A stretch of DNA of 47,940 nt. Origin: Acidobacteriota bacterium. GTDB taxonomy: Bacteria; Acidobacteriota; UBA6911; JACQSX01. The notes beneath the pieces were generated by a model. The model saw nothing but the letters and a program-made list of their open reading frames with translations. It did no database searches and was not told the DNA's origin. Made by a program: the position numbers and the translations under genes. The stretch's first letter is position 1; the number at the start of each line of letters is the position of its first letter. Positions 30,247 to 39,640 of the stretch are shown here, piece by piece. Location of the stretch: NCBI GenBank assembly GCA_036507075.1, contig DASXQR010000222.1, forward strand, positions 1-47,940. The letters run 5' to 3'.

Positions 30247-30664
30247 AGATCGCCGGGACATCTCCTTCAATCCAATATTCGCCTCCCTCGCCATATTCCT
30301 TCTTCCAGATGGGCACGGTGGTCTTCAGTGCGTCAATGCAGAAACGGCAGGCCTGAAAAGCGGCATCCCTGTGTTCGGATATCACCAGCACCAGCACGCT
30401 GGTTTCGCCGATGGACATAGGGCCAAGCCGGTGCACCAGCGCCAGGTCAAGAATACGAAATCGCGACCGCGCCTCCTTCTCAATCCGCTCCATTTCCCGA
30501 AGCGCCATAGGCCGGTAAGCATGATATTCCAGAGAAGTGACTGTCTTGCCGTGAGCGTGATTGCGCACTACTCCCTCAAAGCTGACCAGCGCGCCCGCTT
30601 CCGGACGCGCCATTTTCTTCACCCATTCCGAGGGCTGAATGGCATCATCGACGATGGCAATCAT
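30245..30664 (-). CDS. moaE: molybdopterin synthase catalytic subunit
   Basis: GALVSFEGVVRN; LEYHAY; HRLG; HRDAAF; LKTTVPIWKKE. Confidence 0.93.
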   Translation of the reverse strand: MIAIVDDAIQPSEWVKKMARPEAGALVSFEGVVRNHAHGKTVTSLEYHAYRPMALREMERIEKEARSRFRILDLALVHRLGPMSIGETSVLVLVISEHRDAAFQACRFCIDALKTTVPIWKKEYGEGGEYWIEGDVPAI

Positions 30665-30671
30665 TTTAGTT

Positions 30672-30880
30672 AAGTTATCGGGTTATCGGGTTATCGGGTT
30701 ATCGGGTTATCGGGTTACGGGTTATCGGGTTACGGGTTATCGAGTTACGAGTTTCCGGGTTTTCGTATTCGAACATCCGCCAATTCCCCAATTCCCCAAT
30801 TCACCAACCCGCAACCCGCCAACCCGCAACCCGCCAACACCGCGCCAACCCGCCAACCCACCAACCCCCCAACTCGTTAA
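30672..30880. repeat. inverted pair of 7/8-bp tandem arrays (GGGTTATC / AACCCGCC)
   Basis: gttatcgggttatcgggttatcggg... and ...caacccgcaacccgccaacccgc... Confidence 0.88.
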
Positions 30881-30891
30881 CCTTAATATGT

Positions 30892-31140
30892 TCAGCCCCC
30901 GCTGACGGGAGGGAAGACACCCACCTCGTCACCCCGGCTCAGTTGCTGCTCCGGCCCTGCCATCTCCTGATTGACGGCGACCAGAATACGCGCCGCGGTA
31001 TAGTCGCGCAGCGCAGGAAATTTCTCCTGTAATGCCTGGATCATCGACCTGACGGTACAAGACTCTTCCACTTCGAGCGAAACGGTTCTGCATCCGGCGA
31101 CGTCGGCGAACGTGGCGAACAGCAGAACCTCGATCCGCAT
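30892..31140 (-). CDS. moaD: molybdopterin synthase sulfur carrier subunit
   Basis: MRIEVLLFA...VAVNQE...GDEVGVFPPVSGG C-terminal diglycine. Confidence 0.93.
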   Translation of the reverse strand: MRIEVLLFATFADVAGCRTVSLEVEESCTVRSMIQALQEKFPALRDYTAARILVAVNQEMAGPEQQLSRGDEVGVFPPVSGG

Positions 31141-31334
31141 CAGCAGCAGTATATCTGAATGGCGGTGCGGAAGTGGCACATAGAGGGTCCGCTTGCCGAC
31201 GCGTGCGGCCTGGCTGTGGTGGAGAATGGCTCCCACTTTCCCGCGAAAACAAACTGGTTACTCTTGCTGCTGCATACTTGTCACATGAAATCAAATATAA
31301 TTATCGTCGCAGTTTCACCGGTGAATGGTTCCCC

Positions 31335-32630
31335 ATGCAGATCTCTCAACTTCGCGGCTCAAGACGTCTGCTCCTGATTCTTATCCTGGCCTGCAGTGTC
31401 GGCGGGCAGGCCGCCGTACTGAGGGTGGAACTTGAGGGCGTAATCGTCCCTACCACGGCTTCATTTATCAAGAGATCGCTGCACGAGGCTGCCACTCGCA
31501 ATCATTCGCTGCTGCTGATTCGCCTCAAGACACCGGGGGGACTCGGGTCCTCCATGCAGGAAATCGTAGAAGGTCTTCTGAATTCGCCGGTGCCGGTCGC
31601 GGTTTACGTCGCGCCGAGCGGCGCCCATGCCGCGTCCGCCGGGTTCTTTGTGCTGCTGGCCTCCGATATCGCCGCCATGGCACCCGGGACCAACACCGGA
31701 GCAGCGCATCCGATCTTTCCCATCGGCGGAGAGAACAAGATTCTGATGGACAAGGTCACCAATGATGCCATGGCCAGCCTGCGCAGTATTGCCGACAAAC
31801 GCGGCCGCAATCGCGAAGCGGCGGAAAAAGGAGTACGCGACAGCATCTCATTTACCGAAAAGGAAGCATTGCAGTCCGGCCTGATCGACTTTATCGCGGT
31901 CGACGAGCGGGATCTTTTCAAGCAAATTGACCAGCGTTCCGAAATCCACGGGCGGCATATTCGAGGACCACTCTTAAATCAACCGATTGAAGACCTGGAA
32001 ATGACGGTTCGGGAGAAGGTATTGGCGGCAGTGCAGAATCCCAATCTGGCGGTAGTGCTCGGCATCCTGGGATTGCTGGCGCTGTATGCGGAATTCACGC
32101 ACCCCGGGCTGATAGTTCCGGGCGTAGTCGGAGCGCTGTCGCTGCTGCTGGCCATGGCGGGTTTTTCCGTGCTGCCCGTAAATTACGTGGCTGTTCTTCT
32201 GATTGTACTCGCTCTGGGACTGCTGGTCGCCGAAGTGAAGGTGCAGGGGTTTGGAATCCTGGGAGTAGGCGGTGCGATCGCGTTATTTTTGGGGATTCTG
32301 TTCCTGGTGGAAAGTCCCGATCCGGGAATGCGCGTGAGGCCGGAGATCGCGCTCGCAGTCAGTATTCCTTTTGTGCTGATTTTCATGTTTTTGCTTCGCC
32401 TGGTGCTAAAGACACATGCCCAACGGGTCAAAACCGGAATTGAAGCTTTGATTGGCTCGCCGGGAATGGCGCGCAGCCCGGTGGCCGCCGGCGGGAAAGT
32501 TTTTGTGTCGGGCGAGCTCTGGGATGCTTACTCAAAGACGCCTATCGAACAAGGAAGACGCATTCGTGTTGTGAGAGTGGATAATCTAAAGCTGGAAGTG
32601 GAAGAAATCGAGCCGGAGGAGAACCGATGA
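31335..32630 (+). CDS. nfeD: NfeD family membrane-bound serine protease (long form)
   Basis: [28 protein letters not shown] bundle; C-terminal OB domain [12 protein letters not shown]; coupled to stomatin. Confidence 0.9.
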   Translation: MQISQLRGSRRLLLILILACSVGGQAAVLRVELEGVIVPTTASFIKRSLHEAATRNHSLLLIRLKTPGGLGSSMQEIVEGLLNSPVPVAVYVAPSGAHAASAGFFVLLASDIAAMAPGTNTGAAHPIFPIGGENKILMDKVTNDAMASLRSIADKRGRNREAAEKGVRDSISFTEKEALQSGLIDFIAVDERDLFKQIDQRSEIHGRHIRGPLLNQPIEDLEMTVREKVLAAVQNPNLAVVLGILGLLALYAEFTHPGLIVPGVVGALSLLLAMAGFSVLPVNYVAVLLIVLALGLLVAEVKVQGFGILGVGGAIALFLGILFLVESPDPGMRVRPEIALAVSIPFVLIFMFLLRLVLKTHAQRVKTGIEALIGSPGMARSPVAAGGKVFVSGELWDAYSKTPIEQGRRIRVVRVDNLKLEVEEIEPEENR

Positions 32631-33382
32631 GTGGCTTCACTTTGATTGTGCTGGGAATTGTCGCGTTGTACCTGCTGAGCGTCATCAATGTGCTCAAAGA
32701 ATATGAGCGCGCAGTCGTTTTCAGGCTGGGGAGAATTCTTGATAGATCCAAAGGGCCCGGAATCATCCTGGTATTCTGGCCCATCGACAAAATTGTTCGG
32801 GTCAGCCTGCGCACCGTGACGCTGGAAGTGCCGCCTCAGGACATCATTACGCGCGACAACGTCTCGGTGAAGGTGAATGCGATCATCTATTTTCGTGTAG
32901 TGGACGCCAATAAGGCGATCGTGAGCGTAGAGAACTTCCTGTACGCGACCTCGCAGCTGGCGCAAACTACCCTGCGATCCGTCCTGGGTGAAGTGGAGCT
33001 GGACGACCTGTTGAGCAAGCGCGAAACCCTCAACCTCAAGCTGCAGACAATCCTCGATCAGCACACCGATCCGTGGGGAATTAAAATCAGCCTGGTGGAA
33101 GTAAAACAGGTCGATCTGCCTCCCGACATGCAGCGCGCCATGGCGAAGCAGGCCGAAGCGGAGCGCGAAAAGAGAGCCAAGATCATCCATGCCGAGGGAG
33201 AGTATCAAGCGGCGACCAAACTGGGCGAAGCGGCCGAGATCATGTCCCATCATCCGATCACCATTCAGCTAAGGTATCTGCAAACGCTCACCGAAATCGG
33301 AGTGGAAAGGAACACCACCGTCATTTTCCCGGTGCCCGTGAATATTCTGGAAGGATTGTTTGGAGGCAAGGACCGCTCTTGA
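32627..33382 (+). CDS. SPFH/stomatin-like (slipin) protein
   Basis: [49 protein letters not shown]. Confidence 0.92.
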   Translation: MSGFTLIVLGIVALYLLSVINVLKEYERAVVFRLGRILDRSKGPGIILVFWPIDKIVRVSLRTVTLEVPPQDIITRDNVSVKVNAIIYFRVVDANKAIVSVENFLYATSQLAQTTLRSVLGEVELDDLLSKRETLNLKLQTILDQHTDPWGIKISLVEVKQVDLPPDMQRAMAKQAEAEREKRAKIIHAEGEYQAATKLGEAAEIMSHHPITIQLRYLQTLTEIGVERNTTVIFPVPVNILEGLFGGKDRS

Positions 33383-33861
33383 TTAATGAACGGAAGGCGG
33401 TAGGCGGTTTCATTGCGCTGCTGGCGGCGCTGCTCGGTTTTTACACGCTAGGGTTGCGCCAGGGAAGACTGGATATCCCCTTGGAAAACGTGAATGCCGC
33501 CCCTGAATCGCGCGTGAAATCAAAGGCGAAATCTCCGGATGTGCGCAGCGAATTGGAATTCATCAATTCGGCGCGCCTCAATCAGCCTGATACAAAAAAG
33601 CGCAACCCGGGAGCTCCGGATTTCCGGAACGACGAAACTACCGCACCAGGCTATGCAGTGCAGCTTTCCGGCTTTGACAGCCGTGAAGAAGCGGAGCAAG
33701 TTTCCCGCAGGCTTCAGGCGCAGGGATTCAATCCGCGGATCAGTAACAGCGGTTTGAAGCACCGCGTCGAAATCGGCCCCTTCCGCGAGCGTATGGAGGC
33801 CGAATCGGCGGCGGCGAAGCTGGGCAAGCTGGGTTTTTCGACTTCCCTCACGGCACGATGA
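33379..33861 (+). CDS. SPOR-domain membrane protein
   Basis: N-terminal TM helix; [14 protein letters not shown]...HRVEIGPF. Confidence 0.78.
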   Translation: MINERKAVGGFIALLAALLGFYTLGLRQGRLDIPLENVNAAPESRVKSKAKSPDVRSELEFINSARLNQPDTKKRNPGAPDFRNDETTAPGYAVQLSGFDSREEAEQVSRRLQAQGFNPRISNSGLKHRVEIGPFRERMEAESAAAKLGKLGFSTSLTAR

Positions 33862-35366
33862 AATCCGTTCTTGCCTCGCTGCTTTCCGGCCTGGCCCTGG
33901 CGTCGCTGTTTCCCAACTGGAACCTGAAGTCTCTGGCCTTTCTGGCCCTGTTGCCCGTCTTCTACCTGCTGGAAGCGGAGTCGGGAGTACGGAGGTTTCT
34001 GCTGCCGCTGCTGTCTTTTCTGCTCTTCTTTCTCAGTATCCTTTACTGGATTCCACGGGTGATGGTTTTGTACGGCGGCCTTTCCTGGATCATCAGCGTC
34101 CTGCTCTACTTTCTGCTGTGCGCCGCGCTGGCCTTGTTCTATGTTCCGGCCATTTTGGGTTTCATTTTCATGCGGCGCGCGGGTGTGGGACTGGCCTGCC
34201 TGACGTTCCCGTTTGGCTGGATTGCCTGCGATCTGATTCGGAATTTCTGGATGGTGAACGGCTTTCCCTGGGGCTCGCTCGGTTACACGCAGATTGACCT
34301 TCTGTGGGGGCAGATCGCCGATCTGGGTGGAATCTATGCCGTTACATTCCTGATAGTGGCAGTCAACTCTTTAGCGGCGTGGGCATTCGTTGGCGGGGCG
34401 CGGATGCGAGCCGCGGCCGCGATTGTTGTGCTGCTCGTTGTCTCGGCGCTTTACGGAGCCCGACAAAAGGAGGTTTCATATTTTCCATCCAATCTTATTG
34501 TGGGCGCGGTGCAGCCGGGAATCGAGCTGGAAGGCTCAGAATCCTACCTGCGCGAACAATACTTCCACCGCATACCGGTGATGGTCAGGGAACTGGCGTC
34601 GCGGGGCGCCCGCCTTGTGGTGCTGCCCGAAGCGCCCACCGTGTTCAACTATTATCGGGACCAGGACTACGCGGAATTGATCAATAATCTGGCGGCGCAG
34701 CTTCGCGTCGCTTTAATCTTCAACAATACCCACAGCGATCCCTCCGGCCAGTACTACAACAGTATTGTGTTTGTCCGTGCCGACGGAAGCAGCGATCAAC
34801 GTTATGATAAGATCCACTTGGTTCCATTTGGCGAGTACGTTCCCGGCTCCCGTTGGTTGTTCTTTGTCCGGCCTCTGGTCAGGGAAGTGAGCAGCTTTTC
34901 TGCCGGAAGTGAAGCTTTGGTGGCCGAGCAGGGCGGAGTCAGGGTAGGTGGTTTTATCTGTTACGAGGCCATCTTCCCCGAATTGGTTCGAAAATTCTCC
35001 GGGGCCGGCGCCGAGCTGCTGGTGAACATTACCGATGATGCCTGGTACGGCAAAACCGCGGCGCCGCTGCAGCATTTTCAGATGGCGCGCATGCGCGCGA
35101 TTGAAAACCGGCGCTTTCTGATACGGTGCGCCAACACGGGAATTTCGGCGGTTGTTGATCCGGCCGGCCGCGTGAAAGGCCAGCTTGGAGTTTTCAAGAC
35201 GGGGGTATTGCTTGCCGGGACACGGCCTCTGCAGCAACTGACATTCTATGTCCGGCACGGAGATCTGTTTGCCCGCGCGTGCGCGATGATCTTCGGCGCC
35301 AGCCTTTTTATTCTGCGAATTTACGGGAGACGACGCATTGACAGAAGAACTGCAGCAGAAGTTTGA
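33858..35366 (+). CDS. lnt: apolipoprotein N-acyltransferase
   Basis: GFPWGSLGY; VLPE; YDKIHLVPFGEYVP; ICYEAIFP; NITDDAWYG; RAIEN; NTGIS. Confidence 0.93.
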   Translation: MKSVLASLLSGLALASLFPNWNLKSLAFLALLPVFYLLEAESGVRRFLLPLLSFLLFFLSILYWIPRVMVLYGGLSWIISVLLYFLLCAALALFYVPAILGFIFMRRAGVGLACLTFPFGWIACDLIRNFWMVNGFPWGSLGYTQIDLLWGQIADLGGIYAVTFLIVAVNSLAAWAFVGGARMRAAAAIVVLLVVSALYGARQKEVSYFPSNLIVGAVQPGIELEGSESYLREQYFHRIPVMVRELASRGARLVVLPEAPTVFNYYRDQDYAELINNLAAQLRVALIFNNTHSDPSGQYYNSIVFVRADGSSDQRYDKIHLVPFGEYVPGSRWLFFVRPLVREVSSFSAGSEALVAEQGGVRVGGFICYEAIFPELVRKFSGAGAELLVNITDDAWYGKTAAPLQHFQMARMRAIENRRFLIRCANTGISAVVDPAGRVKGQLGVFKTGVLLAGTRPLQQLTFYVRHGDLFARACAMIFGASLFILRIYGRRRIDRRTAAEV

Positions 35367-36445
35367 CGCGTTGAAGCAAAGAGTCCATTCCATACGGGTT
35401 TATCTTTGACGTTCCCACACTTGAGAAGGAACTCGAGCGGCTGGAAGAGATCGCTTCTAAGCCTGATTTCTGGAAGTCGCAGGAAGAGGCGCAACCCATT
35501 CTCCAGAAGCGCAGCCAGATTGAAAACGAGTTGAAGTCTGCGATCGGGCTCCAGCGCCACATCGATGACGCTGAAGCACTGTTCCAACTGGCCGCCGAAG
35601 GCGAGCCCGTTCTGGATGATCTGCGGTCCGAGTTGGAGAAGCTGGAAAATCTGACGACCGAAATGGAGATGAAGACGCTTCTCTCCGGTGAGCACGACCC
35701 CTCGAACGCGATTGTCAGTATTCATCCGGGCGCCGGCGGAACTGAAAGCCAGGACTGGGCCGAGATGCTCTTGCGCATGTATCTGCGCTGGGCGGAAAAA
35801 CGCGATTATAAAGTGGAAATGATCGAGTATCAGGCAGGCGAGGAGGCCGGTTTGAAGTCAGTCACCTTCAGCGTCAGCGGTGACTATGCTTACGGCTATC
35901 TTCGCTCGGAAATAGGCGTGCATCGGCTGGTGCGGATTTCGCCGTTTGACTCCAATTCACGACGGCACACCAGCTTTGCGTCCGTGTTCGTATCCCCCGA
36001 GCTGGATGAGAACATTGAAGTCAAAATCGAAGAAAAGGACCTGCGCGTGGACACCTACCGCTCGTCGGGCGCCGGCGGGCAGCATGTCAACGTGACTGAT
36101 TCTGCGATTCGCATTACCCATCTTCCCACAGGGATCGTCGTTGCCTGCCAGAACGAACGCTCGCAGCATCGCAATCGAGATACGGCCATGAAGGTATTGA
36201 AATCCAAACTGTACGAACTGGAATTGGAGAAGAAGCGGCGGGAGCTTTCACGCATCGAAGACTCGAAATCAGACATCAGTTGGGGAAGCCAGATCCGAAG
36301 CTACGTGCTGCATCCCTATCGACTGGCAAAAGATCACAGAACCAAGAAGGAAGTCGGCGACGTAGACGGCGTACTGAACGGCAATCTTGATCCGTTCATC
36401 ACAGAGTACCTTCAGCAGCAAAAAGGGCTTTCAAAGGCGGGCTAG
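35338..36445 (+). CDS. prfB: peptide chain release factor 2, translated via programmed +1 frameshift at CTT-TGA-C (35404-35410)
   Basis: TTG start at 35338 gives 23 codons ending TAT CTT TGA; the +1 frame continues D-V-P-T-L-E..PDFW.. into GAGGTESQDW, SPF and GGQ motifs. Confidence 0.95.
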
Positions 36446-36456
36446 AACGTCCGCCA

Positions 36457-36613
36457 GTTACCGGGTTACGGGTTATCGAGTTGCGGGTTCCATGGTGGGG
36501 TGGGCGATTTCGGAATTCAAAACTGGAGATCGGCTCGAATAGAGAGTGCGAGTGGGCCGGGTAATGCGGCGTTAACCCGAAACCCGCAAACCCGAAACCC
36601 GCAAACCCGAAAC
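36457..36613. repeat. inverted pair of 7/8-bp tandem arrays (GGGTTAC / AACCCGC/A)
   Basis: gttaccgggttacgggttatcgag ... aacccgaaacccgcaaacccgaaacccgc. Confidence 0.8.
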
Positions 36614-36627
36614 TCTTCTGGAGCGCC

Positions 36628-37413
36628 ATGTATTTGGAGTACTGGGGACTTAAAGAGAAGCCTTTTGAGAATACTCCGGATTCTAAATATCTTTATCTTT
36701 CCGCTGAGCATCGGGAAGGTTTGAGGCGGCTGCTTTACGCTATTAGTGATCGGAAGGGCTGCGCCATGTTGACGGGCGAATATGGCTGCGGCAAAACGCT
36801 GCTGGTTCGCACCATAGTCAACAGCCTGGATCCAAACCAGTATGAGCTGGCGCTCATCAATTATCCCATCTTCGCGGCCGGGGAATTCCTGCGCGAGATT
36901 CTCCTCCAGTACGGCGCAAGCACGTCATCGGGCTCACGCCTGGACATCTTCAATCAGATTTCCGGGCTGGTTTTCGAAAATATTCAAAAGGGCAAGCAGA
37001 ATCTGGTCATCATCGATGAGGCTCAACTGATCGAAGATCCCCATGTCTTCGAGGAAATCCGCCTGTTGCTTAACATGCAGATGGAGGACCGGTTTCTGAC
37101 CCACATTTTTCTGGTGGGACAGCCGGAATTACGCGAGAGAATTCTTCAGTATCCGCAGTTGGATCAGCGTATCGGGGTTAAATTCCATTTGCACCGCTTT
37201 GGACACGAGGAGACCATCGCTTATATCCGACATCGTCTCAAGGTGGCGGGACGGACCGAGGAAACCTTCACTCCCGAGATTTACTACCTCATTTTCAAGA
37301 TCAGCTACGGAGTGCCCCGCCGCATCAACAACTTGTGCGATCTCTGTTTGCTGCAGGGTTATCAGATGCAGACCAGGGAAATCACCGAAGAAGTCATAAA
37401 AGCGGTGCTGTAA
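36628..37413 (+). CDS. ExeA/GspA-like AAA ATPase
   Basis: MYLEYWGLKEKPFENTPD; TGEYGCGKT; IIDEAQ; LVGQPEL; QLDQRI; GVPRRINNLCD. Confidence 0.9.
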   Translation: MYLEYWGLKEKPFENTPDSKYLYLSAEHREGLRRLLYAISDRKGCAMLTGEYGCGKTLLVRTIVNSLDPNQYELALINYPIFAAGEFLREILLQYGASTSSGSRLDIFNQISGLVFENIQKGKQNLVIIDEAQLIEDPHVFEEIRLLLNMQMEDRFLTHIFLVGQPELRERILQYPQLDQRIGVKFHLHRFGHEETIAYIRHRLKVAGRTEETFTPEIYYLIFKISYGVPRRINNLCDLCLLQGYQMQTREITEEVIKAVL

Positions 37414-37630
37414 GGTCGAAAGTCGAAGGTCGAAATTCGAAATTCGAAATTCGAAACAATTCACCGCGAAGGCGCGAAAGCGCGAAGGCAAAAACTGCTA
37501 TAGTTTTCCTGGATGGTCAGGACCGCAGTTATTTCATTACCTCGTCACATTTGGGTAGCCAGGTAATCTCACTTATTTCGCGCTTTCGCGCCTTCGCGGT
37601 TCCAGCTTTCGACCTTCGACCTTGGACTTT
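37412..37630. repeat. nested repeat: 7-bp GTCGAAA arrays outside, ACCGCGAAGG-family inverted pair inside
   Basis: aaggtcgaaagtcgaaggtcgaaattcg.. [accgcgaaggcgcgaaagcgcgaa ... ttcgcgctttcgcgccttcgcggt] ..tttcgaccttcgaccttgg. Confidence 0.82.
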
Positions 37631-37650
37631 CAAGTTCGCTTTTGACAAAA

Positions 37651-37685
37651 TGTGATTGACATCACAAAAGGGTTTTCGATAGATT
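37651..37685 (+). promoter_or_regulatory. sigma-70 promoter whose -35 element lies inside a CRP/FNR-family palindrome
   Basis: TGTGA-ttgaca-TCACA (37651-37666); TTGACA-N18-TAGATT. Confidence 0.6.
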
Positions 37686-37813
37686 TCACGGGGGACCACT
37701 CAAAAAATGATTGTTTGTCAATGATTTGAGAGTGACGAACCGTTGTGATTTGTAGTTCGCTTTAAGATTCGACTCATCAATCCTGAACATTTCAACTTTA
37801 GGGGGATTCACCG

Positions 37814-39346
37814 TTGATTTCCGTCAGGTATCGGTTGAGCTGTCTGCGTTTGCGCTGGTCCGTCGTCGTCCTGCTCATTCTGTCGATGATTCACTCGTCG
37901 TCGACGGTTCTGGCGCAGCAGGTGTGGACCTTCCGGGATCTCAATACTCCCGGTGTGGACGCGACAAGGCTTGCACTCGAGTTGATCGCTCCTGGTGGCG
38001 GAATCCAGTTGAAGAGTGCGACTTACGCGGGTGCTCTCAATGCGGCCGCCCTGTTTACGACTGACAACTCGATCTTGAACTTCCCGCCGGATGCAACCAT
38101 CGTCGGCGGCCAAGTGAGCGGAGTCATGCTCAGTACAGGGGATGTGCGCAATGTCGCGGGGCAGGATTCGCCGTACCTTACGCTTTTTTTCCCTCCCATC
38201 CCGCCTGCCACGACCGGAAATCCTGTCAACCTGACCGATTTGATCAGCACCGTCAACAACACTCCGGGAGATCCACTACTGGAAAAACTGGTAGGCGATC
38301 CCACCGGCGATCCTGTGACCCATGACGCCGCCTGGCTGGAGATAAAGTTTGTGCCGGACAAAAGCTGGATCGAGCTGCAGTATGTTTTCTCGTCCGACGA
38401 GTACCCCGAATTCGTGGGAACGGGTTTCAACGACGTTTTCGCTTTCTTTCTGAATGGGCAAAACGTGGCGTTGCTGCCCAATCAGACTGTTCCGGTTGCG
38501 ATAGATACGGTCAACAACGGGAATCCCAGATTTCAGATACCGCCGGTAAACCCTGATCTTTTCGTTTCAAACACCAATCAGCTCGCAATCCCCTCGATTC
38601 AAATGGATGGGCTGACCAAAGCGCTCAGAATTCAGGCGCCGGTCCTAGTCGGCCAGGAGAATACTATCAGGATCGCCATAGCCGACGTCGGCGACGGTTA
38701 CGGCGACTCGAATGTGTTCTTGAGGAATCTCAGCTTTGTCGCGATTAATAATCCCACAGACACAGACAACGACGGGGTTCCCGATTTCAGGGACAACTGT
38801 CCCACAGTCGTCAATCCAGGCCAGGCCGACAGCGACTTTGATGGCTCGGGCGATGCCTGTGATCCTGTCCCGCTGCCGCCTCCTCCCGTCGTGACTTTTT
38901 CCAAAATTACCGGCGGTGGAGCAGTCACATCAGAAGTAGCGAACCGAGACCACAACTTCGGCATGAACCTCCATATCAAACAGAATGTGCTGGAGGTGAA
39001 ACTCGAGTACAACGACAACCCGTCAGCAGGAAAGAAAGTCTTTCCCGGCCCGGTTCAGATCAAGATCAACACCGGGGTGAGTACCTTTCAGGTGCCGGCC
39101 AACATTGTTCCAGGGGGCATAGGAATCCAGTTTCGTGCTCCCTGCAGTGTTCGTAGATCCGACGCGAAGGGACACCGTGAAGTAGATACCTGCCAGATTC
39201 GGGTCGTAGATTACGGCGAACCTGGGACGGGCAAGAAGGGAATCCCGCCTGATGAGTTTGAATTGACCATCATTGCGGGCCCAAGCGCCTTTTACTATTC
39301 CGGACTTCCACAACTGATCAAGGGAAATATCCAGGCCCATAAGTAG
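37814..39346 (+). CDS. secreted protein: choice-of-anchor L-like domain, thrombospondin type 3 repeats, C-terminal TGGG...GNIQxH domain
   Basis: Signal peptide; [81 protein letters not shown]; start codon uncertain. Confidence 0.8.
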   Translation: MISVRYRLSCLRLRWSVVVLLILSMIHSSSTVLAQQVWTFRDLNTPGVDATRLALELIAPGGGIQLKSATYAGALNAAALFTTDNSILNFPPDATIVGGQVSGVMLSTGDVRNVAGQDSPYLTLFFPPIPPATTGNPVNLTDLISTVNNTPGDPLLEKLVGDPTGDPVTHDAAWLEIKFVPDKSWIELQYVFSSDEYPEFVGTGFNDVFAFFLNGQNVALLPNQTVPVAIDTVNNGNPRFQIPPVNPDLFVSNTNQLAIPSIQMDGLTKALRIQAPVLVGQENTIRIAIADVGDGYGDSNVFLRNLSFVAINNPTDTDNDGVPDFRDNCPTVVNPGQADSDFDGSGDACDPVPLPPPPVVTFSKITGGGAVTSEVANRDHNFGMNLHIKQNVLEVKLEYNDNPSAGKKVFPGPVQIKINTGVSTFQVPANIVPGGIGIQFRAPCSVRRSDAKGHREVDTCQIRVVDYGEPGTGKKGIPPDEFELTIIAGPSAFYYSGLPQLIKGNIQAHK

Positions 39347-39640
39347 GAAGGGGAAGAAGGGTTTATGAAGGGGTGATGAAGGGGAATGAAGGGGGCAAAG
39401 GTTGGGAATGGGAGTGGGGAAAAAAAGAAAAGTAAGTTCGGTGGCTTGGTGTCTTGGTGGTTAAGAAGGAATTGAAACCACCAAGACACCAAGCGAACGA
39501 ATCGTGACTGCCTTGAGGACTTCCATTCATACCGCTTGATTCCACTCGTTCCCCCCGCCTCCTTCACACCCCTTCATTCCCCTTCATCACCCTTCCTACC
39601 CCCTTCCTACCCCTTCCTACCCCTTCCTACCCCTTCTCCT
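39343..39640. repeat. nested repeat: purine/pyrimidine 9-10-bp arrays outside, outward-facing ACCACCAAGACACCAAG pair inside
   Basis: gaaggggtgatgaaggggaatgaagggg ... cttggtgtcttggtggtt / aaccaccaagacaccaag ... ccccttcctaccccttcctacccc. Confidence 0.82.

Noticed and set aside
35407..35409. TGA as selenocysteine or pseudogene lesion
   Set aside because: It is the canonical CTT-TGA-C RF2 autoregulatory frameshift.
10457..39640. Tandem arrays as CRISPR
   Set aside because: Units are 7-10 bp with no regular unique spacers, and no cas genes are present.
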